NCBI GenBank assembly: GCA_002498205.1
Contig: DAGQ01000015.1
Location: 1 to 32,874, forward strand
Direction of reading: 5' to 3'
Length of the DNA: 32,874 bases
Source: Euryarchaeota archaeon UBA596
GTDB taxonomy: Archaea > Thermoplasmatota > Poseidoniia > Poseidoniales > Poseidoniaceae
Shown one piece after another: positions 16,981 to 25,474 of the stretch. Positions within the stretch are counted from its first letter, which is position 1. The number at the start of each line of letters is the position of its first letter. A program made the translations under genes and the position numbers. The notes beneath the pieces were generated by a model. That model did no database searches, had not been told where the DNA came from, and saw nothing but the letters and a program-made list of their open reading frames with translations.

Positions 16981-19350
16981 GTGAAAAAAGAAATGATAAT
17001 GATTTTATGTTTATTTTTTAGTATATTTACTAGTATTATTCCTAATTCAATTGCAGAATCACAAAGTATGGAAGATTCTATTGAGTTATCATTTAATTTT
17101 TTAGATGAGGTTTCGGGTCAAATAATTAGTTCTGCTGAAATTTCAGTTATTGAGGGTTGGACTGGAATAGTGCTCCAACAAAATATTATTAATTCAGGAG
17201 ACTCAATTTTTGTGATGTCAAATCATAGTATTAGATTTAAATTTAATGCAGATGGTTATGAAGAGCAGCATTTAATTTCTAATGTTTATTTAATTGCAGA
17301 ATCAATTAATATAAATTTTAATTCCGAATCTGAGAATTATGAAATCGAAAAAGAAGATGAGGTAAATACTTCAGGAGGAGAAATTGAACTAACTTTCTTG
17401 AACTCTATGTCTTCAGATTCAGATTTAGATTTAAGTTGGTTTGCAAATTATTCATTTTCAATGCATATGGGAGTAAATTTACTTCCAATGAAATATTTAG
17501 GGTTGTCTGGACAAATTGATTTTTGGATTGGTGATAAAGATGAAGTATTACAAAATAATGAGATAGAATTATTTTTAATTTGGCTAAACCAACAAGCTTG
17601 GACAGATTCTTATTTTGGGGGTTGTTGTAAGATAGATGGCGAATTTACTCAAACATCAGAGTTAGTTAAACCAGAAAATAGTTGGATCGATTTAGATTTA
17701 GGGACTTGGGGGTGGAATGAGTCTACACTTTTATCAGTACATTCGGGTTTTACTGGTAATCGTTTGTTAGAAATACCTTTACAGAACGATTTGAGACAAT
17801 TAGCAAATATGAAAATATCAACACCTTCTGATTGGGAATTTAGATATTCTCCAAATTTGGATTTATTGGAAGGTAATCCTACAGAATTTACTGTTAATCG
17901 TAGTTTCTCAGGAATTGGAGGTTCAATTCCAATTACTTTTGGAGAAAATACACCTCCTGTTGTAAACCCTAATGTAATTGGCCATATTGGCTTATCATTG
18001 CCTCTGGATAAAAATATAACATTTGATGGATCAAATTCTGTAGACTCTTCTCACGAAATTGGATTTGGTCCTAATTTAGAATGTATGTGGAAATTTGAAT
18101 CAGGTGATATAATTACCCAATTTTCACAAATGTCAGTTACTGTAAATTTAACAGAACTAGGGTTTTCATCAGATACAAATCTTGAAACAATTTTTGAATG
18201 TACAGATCATCAAGGGCTTACTGATTTTTGGAATAAAAGTTGGTATTTGGATTCTAAATCACCTACTCTCAACACTTTACTCGGAGATGCAGAATGTATT
18301 GATAATCCACTTGAAAATAATTTATTAGAATGTGAAAATTTATTGGTAGAATTTAGTCAAATGTTAAATTTCAATTTATCCCTAGAAGACGATGGCCCTT
18401 CTGATTTACTAGTTTATTGGACATCAAACCATATTGATGGGTGGGCTGCAGATGGAAATGAAATGAGTGTAGTATTTTGGCAAGGTCAAAATTCAAATAT
18501 CAATTTTATTGTAAATGATAAACAACATGAACAAAGAGAATTAGCGATTTGGGAATTAAATTTAAGAGTATCAGATGAAGTTGGAAATGATTTAATGAAA
18601 TCATGGAACGTTACAGTTCTAGATGGGTCCTCTCCAAGAATAAATATGAAGTTAAATAATCAATTTGGTTTGGTTGACCCATATTCTGGTATTTTTTCTG
18701 GAGATACAATCAATATTGATTTGTACCCTAGTTATGATGATATTAATTCTATTGAAGATGTTAGGTTTTTAGTTAGTTTAGACGGAGAAACTTTTGCGGA
18801 TAGTAATGAAGTCGGTTGGGAGGGTATAAAATCTGCAGAGATTCCAAAACTTGAAGTGGGTGTTCATGAATTAGTCGTGAATGCTACAGATTTTTCGGGT
18901 AATTCTGCTGAAGAGCGTTTTCAAATAATTGTTCATCCGCCACCAATTATTGACATCATTAGTGCAGATATTTTTATCTCATCAGAAAAATTAATCCAAG
19001 GAGAAAATGAATTAGAATTTAGATTAGTAAATGCGGGTGGTTCTGAATATGATGTAATAATTTGTATTCAAAGCAAATGTTTAGATTATAATGGAACTAG
19101 TTCGACATTTGAAGGATATGGATTTACAAATTTTACATTGAAATATAATTTAAATGAAACAGAAAATTTAGAAGTAAATTATACATTTAAATCTGGGATT
19201 GAAAATATTCAATTTAACAATAGTTATGAATTTGATTTCGAAGAAAATAATGATTTAGAATTCTCTAATACGATTACAATCGTTATATTTTTCTTTATTT
19301 TCTTTTGTGTATTATTTTTTATTAAAATGAAACCAAGAAAGAGAAAATAA
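16981..19350 (+). CDS. Secreted, C-terminally anchored surface protein with a PKD/Ig-like domain; probable glycoprotein
   Basis: Signal peptide MKKEMIMILCLFFSIFTSIIPNSIAES. PKD-like segment NITFDGSNSVDSSHEIGFGPNLECMWKFESGD. Many N-x-S/T sequons. C-terminal TM plus basic tail ITIVIFFFIFFCVLFFIKMKPRKRK. SD AGGTGAT lies 3 nt before the GTG start. Confidence 0.8.
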   Translation: MKKEMIMILCLFFSIFTSIIPNSIAESQSMEDSIELSFNFLDEVSGQIISSAEISVIEGWTGIVLQQNIINSGDSIFVMSNHSIRFKFNADGYEEQHLISNVYLIAESININFNSESENYEIEKEDEVNTSGGEIELTFLNSMSSDSDLDLSWFANYSFSMHMGVNLLPMKYLGLSGQIDFWIGDKDEVLQNNEIELFLIWLNQQAWTDSYFGGCCKIDGEFTQTSELVKPENSWIDLDLGTWGWNESTLLSVHSGFTGNRLLEIPLQNDLRQLANMKISTPSDWEFRYSPNLDLLEGNPTEFTVNRSFSGIGGSIPITFGENTPPVVNPNVIGHIGLSLPLDKNITFDGSNSVDSSHEIGFGPNLECMWKFESGDIITQFSQMSVTVNLTELGFSSDTNLETIFECTDHQGLTDFWNKSWYLDSKSPTLNTLLGDAECIDNPLENNLLECENLLVEFSQMLNFNLSLEDDGPSDLLVYWTSNHIDGWAADGNEMSVVFWQGQNSNINFIVNDKQHEQRELAIWELNLRVSDEVGNDLMKSWNVTVLDGSSPRINMKLNNQFGLVDPYSGIFSGDTINIDLYPSYDDINSIEDVRFLVSLDGETFADSNEVGWEGIKSAEIPKLEVGVHELVVNATDFSGNSAEERFQIIVHPPPIIDIISADIFISSEKLIQGENELEFRLVNAGGSEYDVIICIQSKCLDYNGTSSTFEGYGFTNFTLKYNLNETENLEVNYTFKSGIENIQFNNSYEFDFEENNDLEFSNTITIVIFFFIFFCVLFFIKMKPRKRK

Positions 19351-19369
19351 TATTAAAAATGGTGAGAAA

Positions 19370-21097
19370 ATGCAATATTCAATATCTGAAATGATAGAAA
19401 AAGAAGAAGTAATTATTCAAAATAGAATAGAACGACTTTCTTTATTTTCAGGCTCAATATTATTTTTAGCAGCTTTTTGGTGTATGTGGCCAATTTTTAC
19501 TAATAATATCGATCCTTTGAAAGTTTTAACTCCAGCTGTAGTTGCTCTTTTATGGGTTGGAATGCTTCCAGATCTTTCCGTTTCAAGTCCCACTACTCGC
19601 TCTAGAATTGGAGCAATAACAAGTATTTTTTGGACACCTCTTGCTGTTTTAGGGATAAACTCAATTTCTAATTCTGGATTTAAATTAATAGGAGGTATAG
19701 TATTAATTATTTGTTCAATGGCATTATTTATTTCATCAAGAAAGATTTTATTTGGGGAATTTAAAGTAGTAAGATATCGCTCAATTATGTATATGATTGG
19801 AGTATTTGCAGGCTTATCTGTATTAATACCTCAAGGTTTTGAGACAAATAATTATGGTATATTCCCCATCTTAGTTGGATTATTAATTTCATTCTCTGAT
19901 TGGTTTGGAAGCGATGAGCAGAAAAATATACGGAGAGAATTCAAACAAAAATTAGATTTAATTGAGGGAGAGTTATTACTCCATAGATCTAAAGGTAGAA
20001 CTGTAGATCAAGCGGCATCTTTAGTTTTAACAGCCTCACAAGAAGGTCACTTGGATCCAAAATTTGGTCTTGAAATTTTATCAAGAGCTAGAGATTCAAT
20101 GACGCGAGCTATTCGTTTAGAAGAAGATATATCAGAAATTAGAGAAGATGCAGAATTAATTATTATGAAAGCTGAAAATATAGCCCCGATGTCTAAAAAA
20201 TCCAGAAAAACATTTATTCAAGCTGAAAGGGAAGTCGAATTAGGTAGTTTAGAAGAAGGAGAATCATTATTTCGTTTAGCAAAAAAACAAGCTAAAGAAA
20301 TTACAGAATGGTGGGATAAAGCAGAAAAAGCAATTAGTAAAGCAAAAAAATTGTTGAGAGAGCATAAAGGTGAAGCAATTCAATCATTAGAAAAAATATT
20401 ATCGGAAGCAGAAACTAATTTACAAAATGAAAACCCAAAAAAATCATTTGAATTTGCAGAATCTATCCCTCTACAGCTATCTTCTGTTGAAGCGAATGCA
20501 GAAATTTCTAATGAATTAATTCAAGTCGCTGAACAAAAAATGAAGGCATCAGAAGGCCTAAATTTAGAATTATGGAATGAAAATTTGAATAGAGCAAAAA
20601 ATGCAATTGAAAAGGGAGATTATAATTTAGGTAGAGGATTGACTGAAAGTATCTTAAGAGAACTAGATAAGGAAAGAGAATCTATGGATTACATTAGGAA
20701 GGCACTAAATAAAAAATCTAAGATTAAATCCAAATGGAAGAATCTAGGAAATAATGAATCTTGGGAATTACGCTTGAAAGAAATTGAAGAAGCCGCTGAG
20801 AACCTGGAATGGAATCATGCAGCAATATTACTTCAACGTTTGAATGAAAGTTTAGAATCGGATACAAAATCATTTTCAGAAGCTAACGAATTATTAGATT
20901 TTGCTAAGAATGAATGGTCTATGTTAAGAGAGAAGTGTGAGAAAATAGGAATTGATATTTTAGATGAAGATCGTAGATATGCAGAACAAAATCTCGCTGA
21001 ATCAATACAATCACTAGAACTTGGTGAATTAGAATTATGTTTAGAAAAGTTGGGAGAATTAGATAAAGCTATGGAAAAACTGAAAAGAAGAGTTTAA
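19370..21097 (+). CDS. Membrane protein (about 5 N-terminal TM helices) with a long cytoplasmic alpha-helical repeat / coiled-coil domain; unknown function
   Basis: Hydrophobic N-terminal 190 aa. The C-terminal 370 or so aa are K/E/L/A-rich with roughly six ~55-aa modules sharing A/E-x3-L/I-x2-G-D/E-x3-A, e.g. NRAKNAIEKGDYNLGRGL, IQAEREVELGSLEEGESLFRLA, YAEQNLAESIQSLELGELELCLE. SD GGTGAG lies 4 nt before the ATG, and the gap to the surface protein gene is 19 nt. Confidence 0.8.
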   Translation: MQYSISEMIEKEEVIIQNRIERLSLFSGSILFLAAFWCMWPIFTNNIDPLKVLTPAVVALLWVGMLPDLSVSSPTTRSRIGAITSIFWTPLAVLGINSISNSGFKLIGGIVLIICSMALFISSRKILFGEFKVVRYRSIMYMIGVFAGLSVLIPQGFETNNYGIFPILVGLLISFSDWFGSDEQKNIRREFKQKLDLIEGELLLHRSKGRTVDQAASLVLTASQEGHLDPKFGLEILSRARDSMTRAIRLEEDISEIREDAELIIMKAENIAPMSKKSRKTFIQAEREVELGSLEEGESLFRLAKKQAKEITEWWDKAEKAISKAKKLLREHKGEAIQSLEKILSEAETNLQNENPKKSFEFAESIPLQLSSVEANAEISNELIQVAEQKMKASEGLNLELWNENLNRAKNAIEKGDYNLGRGLTESILRELDKERESMDYIRKALNKKSKIKSKWKNLGNNESWELRLKEIEEAAENLEWNHAAILLQRLNESLESDTKSFSEANELLDFAKNEWSMLREKCEKIGIDILDEDRRYAEQNLAESIQSLELGELELCLEKLGELDKAMEKLKRRV

Positions 21098-21780
21098 TTT
21101 ATATCTTCATCAAGTAATTTCCTTACATCTTTTTCGACTAGTTCTGGGACCCAATCTAAATCCATCCATTCTATTCTTTGCTTCAAATTTTTATCTAAAA
21201 TAAATGTAGATGTTGTATGGTCGATGAAATATTCAAATGGATGGTGTCTTCCACTAGTCTCAGAATTATTTGTCTCATTTGCTTTGTAAGTTTGTAAACC
21301 CACATCGAATGCCCCCCATACTTCTTCCATTACTGCCATTTCTTCAGGATTCCATGTGCCATCATTATCTGGATCAACATTCCATGATAGAAAATTCCAA
21401 TCTGCAGACATATTTTCTTTCCATTGTTTCATTGATTCAGGAGTGTCAAGCCATGGATCTACTGTTACTGCTAGAATTTCTAATTCTGATTTGTATTCAT
21501 CAGGGAATTGTTGAGATAACCATTTCAGAGATTGAACAACAACTGGGCAAACATCTGGACATCTAGTAAACAGAAATGAAATAACAACTACTTTTCCTTC
21601 ATAATCACTTAAGTTAAATTCAGTACCATTTTCAGTAATTAGAGTAAACATTGGAACATCTTTACTATCAATATCTATTCCATAGAACTCATCAGCGTTT
21701 TTTTCTGCGGCAGGTTCATAACAACCAGGCAATAATATTAGTAACATCAAAAATACAGATAATATTTTATTTAAATTCAT
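21094..21780 (-). CDS. SCO1/SenC-family copper chaperone (thioredoxin fold), probably lipid- or membrane-anchored
   Basis: Signature FLFTRCPDVCPVV (CxxxC copper site) plus a downstream conserved His (IDHTTSTFILD). N-terminal signal with a lipobox-like LLPGC. Confidence 0.9.
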   Translation of the reverse strand: MNLNKILSVFLMLLILLPGCYEPAAEKNADEFYGIDIDSKDVPMFTLITENGTEFNLSDYEGKVVVISFLFTRCPDVCPVVVQSLKWLSQQFPDEYKSELEILAVTVDPWLDTPESMKQWKENMSADWNFLSWNVDPDNDGTWNPEEMAVMEEVWGAFDVGLQTYKANETNNSETSGRHHPFEYFIDHTTSTFILDKNLKQRIEWMDLDWVPELVEKDVRKLLDEDIN

Positions 21781-21792
21781 TTTTATTCCTCT

Positions 21793-23610
21793 TTAATTTG
21801 TATATGGTATATCAACATCTAATTGCATGACATATAATCCAGTTGTGATACAAGATGCATATGTAATTCCATCTTGCCATTCAGCAGCCCATAAAAATGG
21901 AGTCCAACCAAAGTCATAGTAATCAGAATCAAGTTGTGAACCGTCTACACCATGTGGTAAATAGAATGCCACAGTAGAATCAAAATGAACCTCAGTATTA
22001 TTGTCTTCATCATTAGCTGCCATTAGTGTTTCAATATCGACTACCCATAAGCCAGCATGATAATGTGAGATGTATAATCTTCCATCCCATCCACCTCCGT
22101 GGGAAGTATCTGTAGTTTCATCTGTAATGAAATATTCAGAATCAAGATTATGTGGGCTGAAAAGCAACCATTCTTCAGCACTTGGATGAGCTTCACAATC
22201 TGCTCCATAACAATGTTCATGCGCATAAGGAATTTCCCAATCGTGAATTAGTTCCGGTAAGAATCTTAAATTTCCATTTTCCATTTTATATTCGGTTGTA
22301 TCTAAAAGATATGTCATACCAGTTCCAACAGAGGTTGAAAGTACTTCAGTAGCAGCAAGTGTAAGATGTCTTTTCCCTTCATATCCTAAATGGGTAGCGT
22401 CAACCATTTCAGGAAATGGCTCTGTGTAGTGGATATAAGATGAACGTCCGCCATTTTCATTCCCGTTAGTTCCACTATCAGGTAAACCATCATTATCAAA
22501 ATCAGAAAACTCCATCCATTGCCCTACTTCTGGAGCCCTCCATCTACACATAAGGGGATTTCCCAAACCCGCTTTACATGTTGTAGCCATTGGGACATAT
22601 AATTGAGGAGAGTTAGTGGGGTGAGGAACATCAGAAACATCTGCAATTCTTAACCCAGCTTCCCAATATGCGCCATAGAGGTATGTTCTTCCATGTCTTG
22701 GGTCTTCAGTATCATTTCCTGGCCATAATTGTACAGTCATATCGTGAATGTAAATCCAACCACCATTAGTAGAAGCCCAATTAACTTCATACTCTCCAAC
22801 TTTAATTACTGTGTGTCCAACTCCAGATGAAGGAACACCATCTAATATTCTTGCAGCAGAACCTTGTAAATTTAGGTGAGCAATGGTTACTCCTCCACAA
22901 GCTTCACCCACAGCAGTATCACAATCATCATAATCGGGGTTTGCAACAAAAATATACCATTCATTATCAATCATATGTGTATAAAGATTATGTGGTCCAC
23001 TTGGATGATCTGCATCATACCAAGAATCAACATGTATTGGGTTAGTTTTATCTGTTACATCAATTAAATTTACAGATACTTGAAATGGATCTGACCATTC
23101 TCCAACATTAGGATCTGCATATCCTGGATCAATTAATTGATTTTGAGTTATTACATATTCTCGCCCATCATATTCAAGATACTTAACATCTAATACCTGG
23201 GTATTTGGATCATAATATTTCCCTACTTGGGTAATATTTCTTGGATCTGTAACATCAGTAATATGAAATTCAGACCATCCTGCTTGATACACATATGTTC
23301 TACCATCAGGAGCCGTAGCAACTTGAATTTCAGCATTACCCGGATTTGTAAGCGGTTCAAAATCTAATAACTCAACATTCCCAGAAGATAGATTATGCTG
23401 AGATGCGTTTCTGTGGTCATGCCCTTCACCTTGTAAAAGAGGGTCGCCACCACTAAAAATTGGATTTACACTTGTTTCATTCATATCATCATTACTAAGA
23501 AAGAAAATTGAAGTAGAAACTACGCTAATTACTACTAAAAATGTGGTGACTAAGATTAAGATTTCCTTATTCCCAAAATCAATAGGAGTTACAAGTGATT
23601 GTTCACCCAT
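21793..23610 (-). CDS. Extracytoplasmic LVIVD-repeat beta-propeller protein with an N-terminal membrane anchor
   Basis: N-terminal TM ILILVTTFLVVISVVSTSIFFL. Repeated LVIVD-type strands: FHITDVTDPRNITQVG, VNLIDVTDKTNPIHV, GLRIADVSDVPHPTNSP, GLWVVDIETL. His/Cys-rich patches: GEGHDHRN, YAHEHCYGADCEAHPS, SHYHAG. Confidence 0.8.
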   Translation of the reverse strand: MGEQSLVTPIDFGNKEILILVTTFLVVISVVSTSIFFLSNDDMNETSVNPIFSGGDPLLQGEGHDHRNASQHNLSSGNVELLDFEPLTNPGNAEIQVATAPDGRTYVYQAGWSEFHITDVTDPRNITQVGKYYDPNTQVLDVKYLEYDGREYVITQNQLIDPGYADPNVGEWSDPFQVSVNLIDVTDKTNPIHVDSWYDADHPSGPHNLYTHMIDNEWYIFVANPDYDDCDTAVGEACGGVTIAHLNLQGSAARILDGVPSSGVGHTVIKVGEYEVNWASTNGGWIYIHDMTVQLWPGNDTEDPRHGRTYLYGAYWEAGLRIADVSDVPHPTNSPQLYVPMATTCKAGLGNPLMCRWRAPEVGQWMEFSDFDNDGLPDSGTNGNENGGRSSYIHYTEPFPEMVDATHLGYEGKRHLTLAATEVLSTSVGTGMTYLLDTTEYKMENGNLRFLPELIHDWEIPYAHEHCYGADCEAHPSAEEWLLFSPHNLDSEYFITDETTDTSHGGGWDGRLYISHYHAGLWVVDIETLMAANDEDNNTEVHFDSTVAFYLPHGVDGSQLDSDYYDFGWTPFLWAAEWQDGITYASCITTGLYVMQLDVDIPYTN

Positions 23611-23630
23611 TAATAGTCCGTGTGCAGCGT

Positions 23631-23641
23631 TTTTTATTTAT
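23631..23641. promoter_or_regulatory. TATA-like element TTTTTATTTAT, centred between two divergent starts; candidate bidirectional promoter core
   Basis: It is the only strongly AT-rich element in the 53-nt spacer. Its centre lies about 26 nt from the minus-strand ATG (23610) and about 28 nt from the plus-strand ATG (23664). That is the usual archaeal TATA-to-TSS distance and would imply leaderless mRNAs on both sides. Confidence 0.4.
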
Positions 23642-23663
23642 GCATTGGTTACTTGGGACTGGC

Positions 23664-24338
23664 ATGCGCAGAGGGAGTACAAGCCTAATTGTCTGTTTTC
23701 TACTTATTTTACCATTATTTATTGCCCCAGTAGGCTCTCATGATGCTAGTGCATTAACAGTCAATATTAAGCAATCAAATATTGAGCCAAATAATGCTAA
23801 TATTCTACTTGGAGATAGTGTATACTGGATGAATCTTGACTCTAGAGAAAATGTAACACATAGGATTGTTCATGACTCTGATGGAGATGGACTTTACAAT
23901 GGTTCAACCGATTGGGATTCAGGGATTCTATTAGGTTGGACTTCTAATGGAACTTGTATAGATGAAACAGGAAATAAAACACCAGGTTGTGCAGTAACAT
24001 TTGAATTATATTTTAATGAAACATCAGATATTGGTACATATGAATATGTGAATTTAGTATACTTAAATGATACGTTAATTGATAATAGGACATTTACAGT
24101 TACAGTAAAAGCCGACATTCATTTAGAAGCGATAAATACATACTGTTTTGGAGATGACTGTGAAGATGATACAGAGCCTGTAATTAGTATTGAAACTTCC
24201 AATGAAATAGAAAAACCATATTGGTTATTATATGTGTCTGGTATAACAGGAACGTTAGCATTATTATTAGCAATTAAATTGATATTTTTCCCCCCCGCAG
24301 TACAATTAAGTGAAAATAAAGTCTTACAAGAAGAGTAA
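23664..24338 (+). CDS. Secreted, C-terminally anchored cupredoxin-like protein without obvious type-1 copper ligands
   Basis: Signal peptide MRRGSTSLIVCFLLILPLFIAPVGSHDASA. GDSVYWMNLDSRENVTHRIV resembles the cupredoxin GDTV.W.N.D...H.v strand. GTYEYVNLVY occupies the place of the usual G.Y.Y.C..H..M. C-terminal TM LLYVSGITGTLALLLAIKLIFF. Start chosen at ATG 23664, about 28 nt downstream of a TATA-like element. The track start at 23595 would overlap the divergent gene. Confidence 0.6.
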   Translation: MRRGSTSLIVCFLLILPLFIAPVGSHDASALTVNIKQSNIEPNNANILLGDSVYWMNLDSRENVTHRIVHDSDGDGLYNGSTDWDSGILLGWTSNGTCIDETGNKTPGCAVTFELYFNETSDIGTYEYVNLVYLNDTLIDNRTFTVTVKADIHLEAINTYCFGDDCEDDTEPVISIETSNEIEKPYWLLYVSGITGTLALLLAIKLIFFPPAVQLSENKVLQEE

Positions 24339-24353
24339 ATAAAATTGATAAAT

Positions 24354-25088
24354 ATGGGTACGATTAGAAGAGATCATTTACCCTTTTCTATGCCTAATCG
24401 TTCTCATTCACTAATTCAAGAGTGGAGGCATTTGAGTTTTTTACACTGGGAAGTAGATCCTGAGAAATTGAAACCATATATACCTCAAGGAGTTGAAATA
24501 GATTTTTTTAATGGCAAATCATATGTGGGGGTAATTCCATTTTTAATGAAGAACGTTAGGCCACGATTTTTACCTGCTGTCCCAGGTATTTCCACTTTTC
24601 CAGAATTTAATATTAGAACTTATGTTAAGAAAAATGGTAAGGCAGGAGTCCTTTTTTTAACACTAGACGCACAAAGTAGAATCACTTGTACATATGCTCC
24701 ATGGGCTTATGGATTGCCATATAGATATGCTAAATGTAAATTGCAGATAGATAAAGATAATTTTAGTTGGGAATCAAAGAGATCAATAAAAGGATTTGAA
24801 CTTAAAGGTTCATGTGTTGCTATTGGTGAAGAAATTCAAGCAAAATCCAATTCATTGGAGGAATTTCTTTTTGAAAGATATTCGTTATATGTTGAACATA
24901 AAAAATCTGCAAAAATTGCTTATACCTTACACGATCCTTGGAAATTTAAAGAAGCAAAAGCAGAATTAACCGTAAATACGCTTACAGAGTCTTATAACCT
25001 TGGAATTAAAAACCCATTAAAGCCAGATTATGTACATATGTCAGATGGTGTTTATGTTCATACTTGGTCAATAGAAGATTTGGAGTGA
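24354..25088 (+). CDS. DUF2071 family protein
   Basis: IQEWRHLSFLHWEVDPEKLKPYIPQGVEIDFFNGKSYVGVIPFLMKNVRPRFLP...FPEFNIRTYVKKNGKAGVLFLTLDAQS...AYGLPYRYAKC matches the DUF2071 consensus (W.dl.F.Hw.v....l....P.gl..D...G.a.vgvv.F.m...R......F.E.N.RtYV...g..GV.F.sLDa....LPY..A). Confidence 0.8.
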   Translation: MGTIRRDHLPFSMPNRSHSLIQEWRHLSFLHWEVDPEKLKPYIPQGVEIDFFNGKSYVGVIPFLMKNVRPRFLPAVPGISTFPEFNIRTYVKKNGKAGVLFLTLDAQSRITCTYAPWAYGLPYRYAKCKLQIDKDNFSWESKRSIKGFELKGSCVAIGEEIQAKSNSLEEFLFERYSLYVEHKKSAKIAYTLHDPWKFKEAKAELTVNTLTESYNLGIKNPLKPDYVHMSDGVYVHTWSIEDLE

Positions 25089-25092
25089 GAAA

Positions 25093-25473
25093 ATGAGTTT
25101 GGAATCTGATATATTATTACTTGATGGAGAATGTGGGCTTTGTAATAGAATAGCTATTTTTATTGATAAGAGGAAAAAAATAGGGAAAAAATTAACATAT
25201 TTGTCTATTGAATCAGAAGAAGGCCAAAAAATAATTGAGGGCTTCAGCAAAAAACAAAGAAATGCAGATACAGTATATTTAATTCGTAATGGGAAAACAT
25301 ATATTCGTTCTGCTGCTGGAATTAGAATACTACTCTACTTGAAATGGTATTACACTATATGGTATCCTTTTTGTTGGGTATTTCCACTACCCCTTAGAGA
25401 TATTGTATATCGAATTATAGCGAAGTATAGACATAAGTTTTTCAAAAAACCAGAAGTTTGTGTATTCAAATAA
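25093..25473 (+). CDS. DCC-family thiol-disulfide oxidoreductase (DUF393)
   Basis: N-terminal ILLLDGECGLCNRIAIFIDKR (the D-x-x-C-x-x-C DCC motif) and a C-terminal LRDIVYRIIAKYRHKFFKKPEVC. Coupled to the DUF2071 gene by a 4-nt gap, with GGAGTGAG overlapping its stop. Confidence 0.85.
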   Translation: MSLESDILLLDGECGLCNRIAIFIDKRKKIGKKLTYLSIESEEGQKIIEGFSKKQRNADTVYLIRNGKTYIRSAAGIRILLYLKWYYTIWYPFCWVFPLPLRDIVYRIIAKYRHKFFKKPEVCVFK

Positions 25474-25474
25474 A

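Noticed and set aside
23595-23663. GTG 23595 as the start of the cupredoxin-like gene, overlapping the divergent LVIVD gene start.
   Set aside because: It would add a non-signal-like N-terminal extension and a head-to-head overlap of two starts. ATG 23664 gives a textbook signal peptide and sits at promoter distance from the TATA-like element. ATG 23640 remains a weaker alternative.
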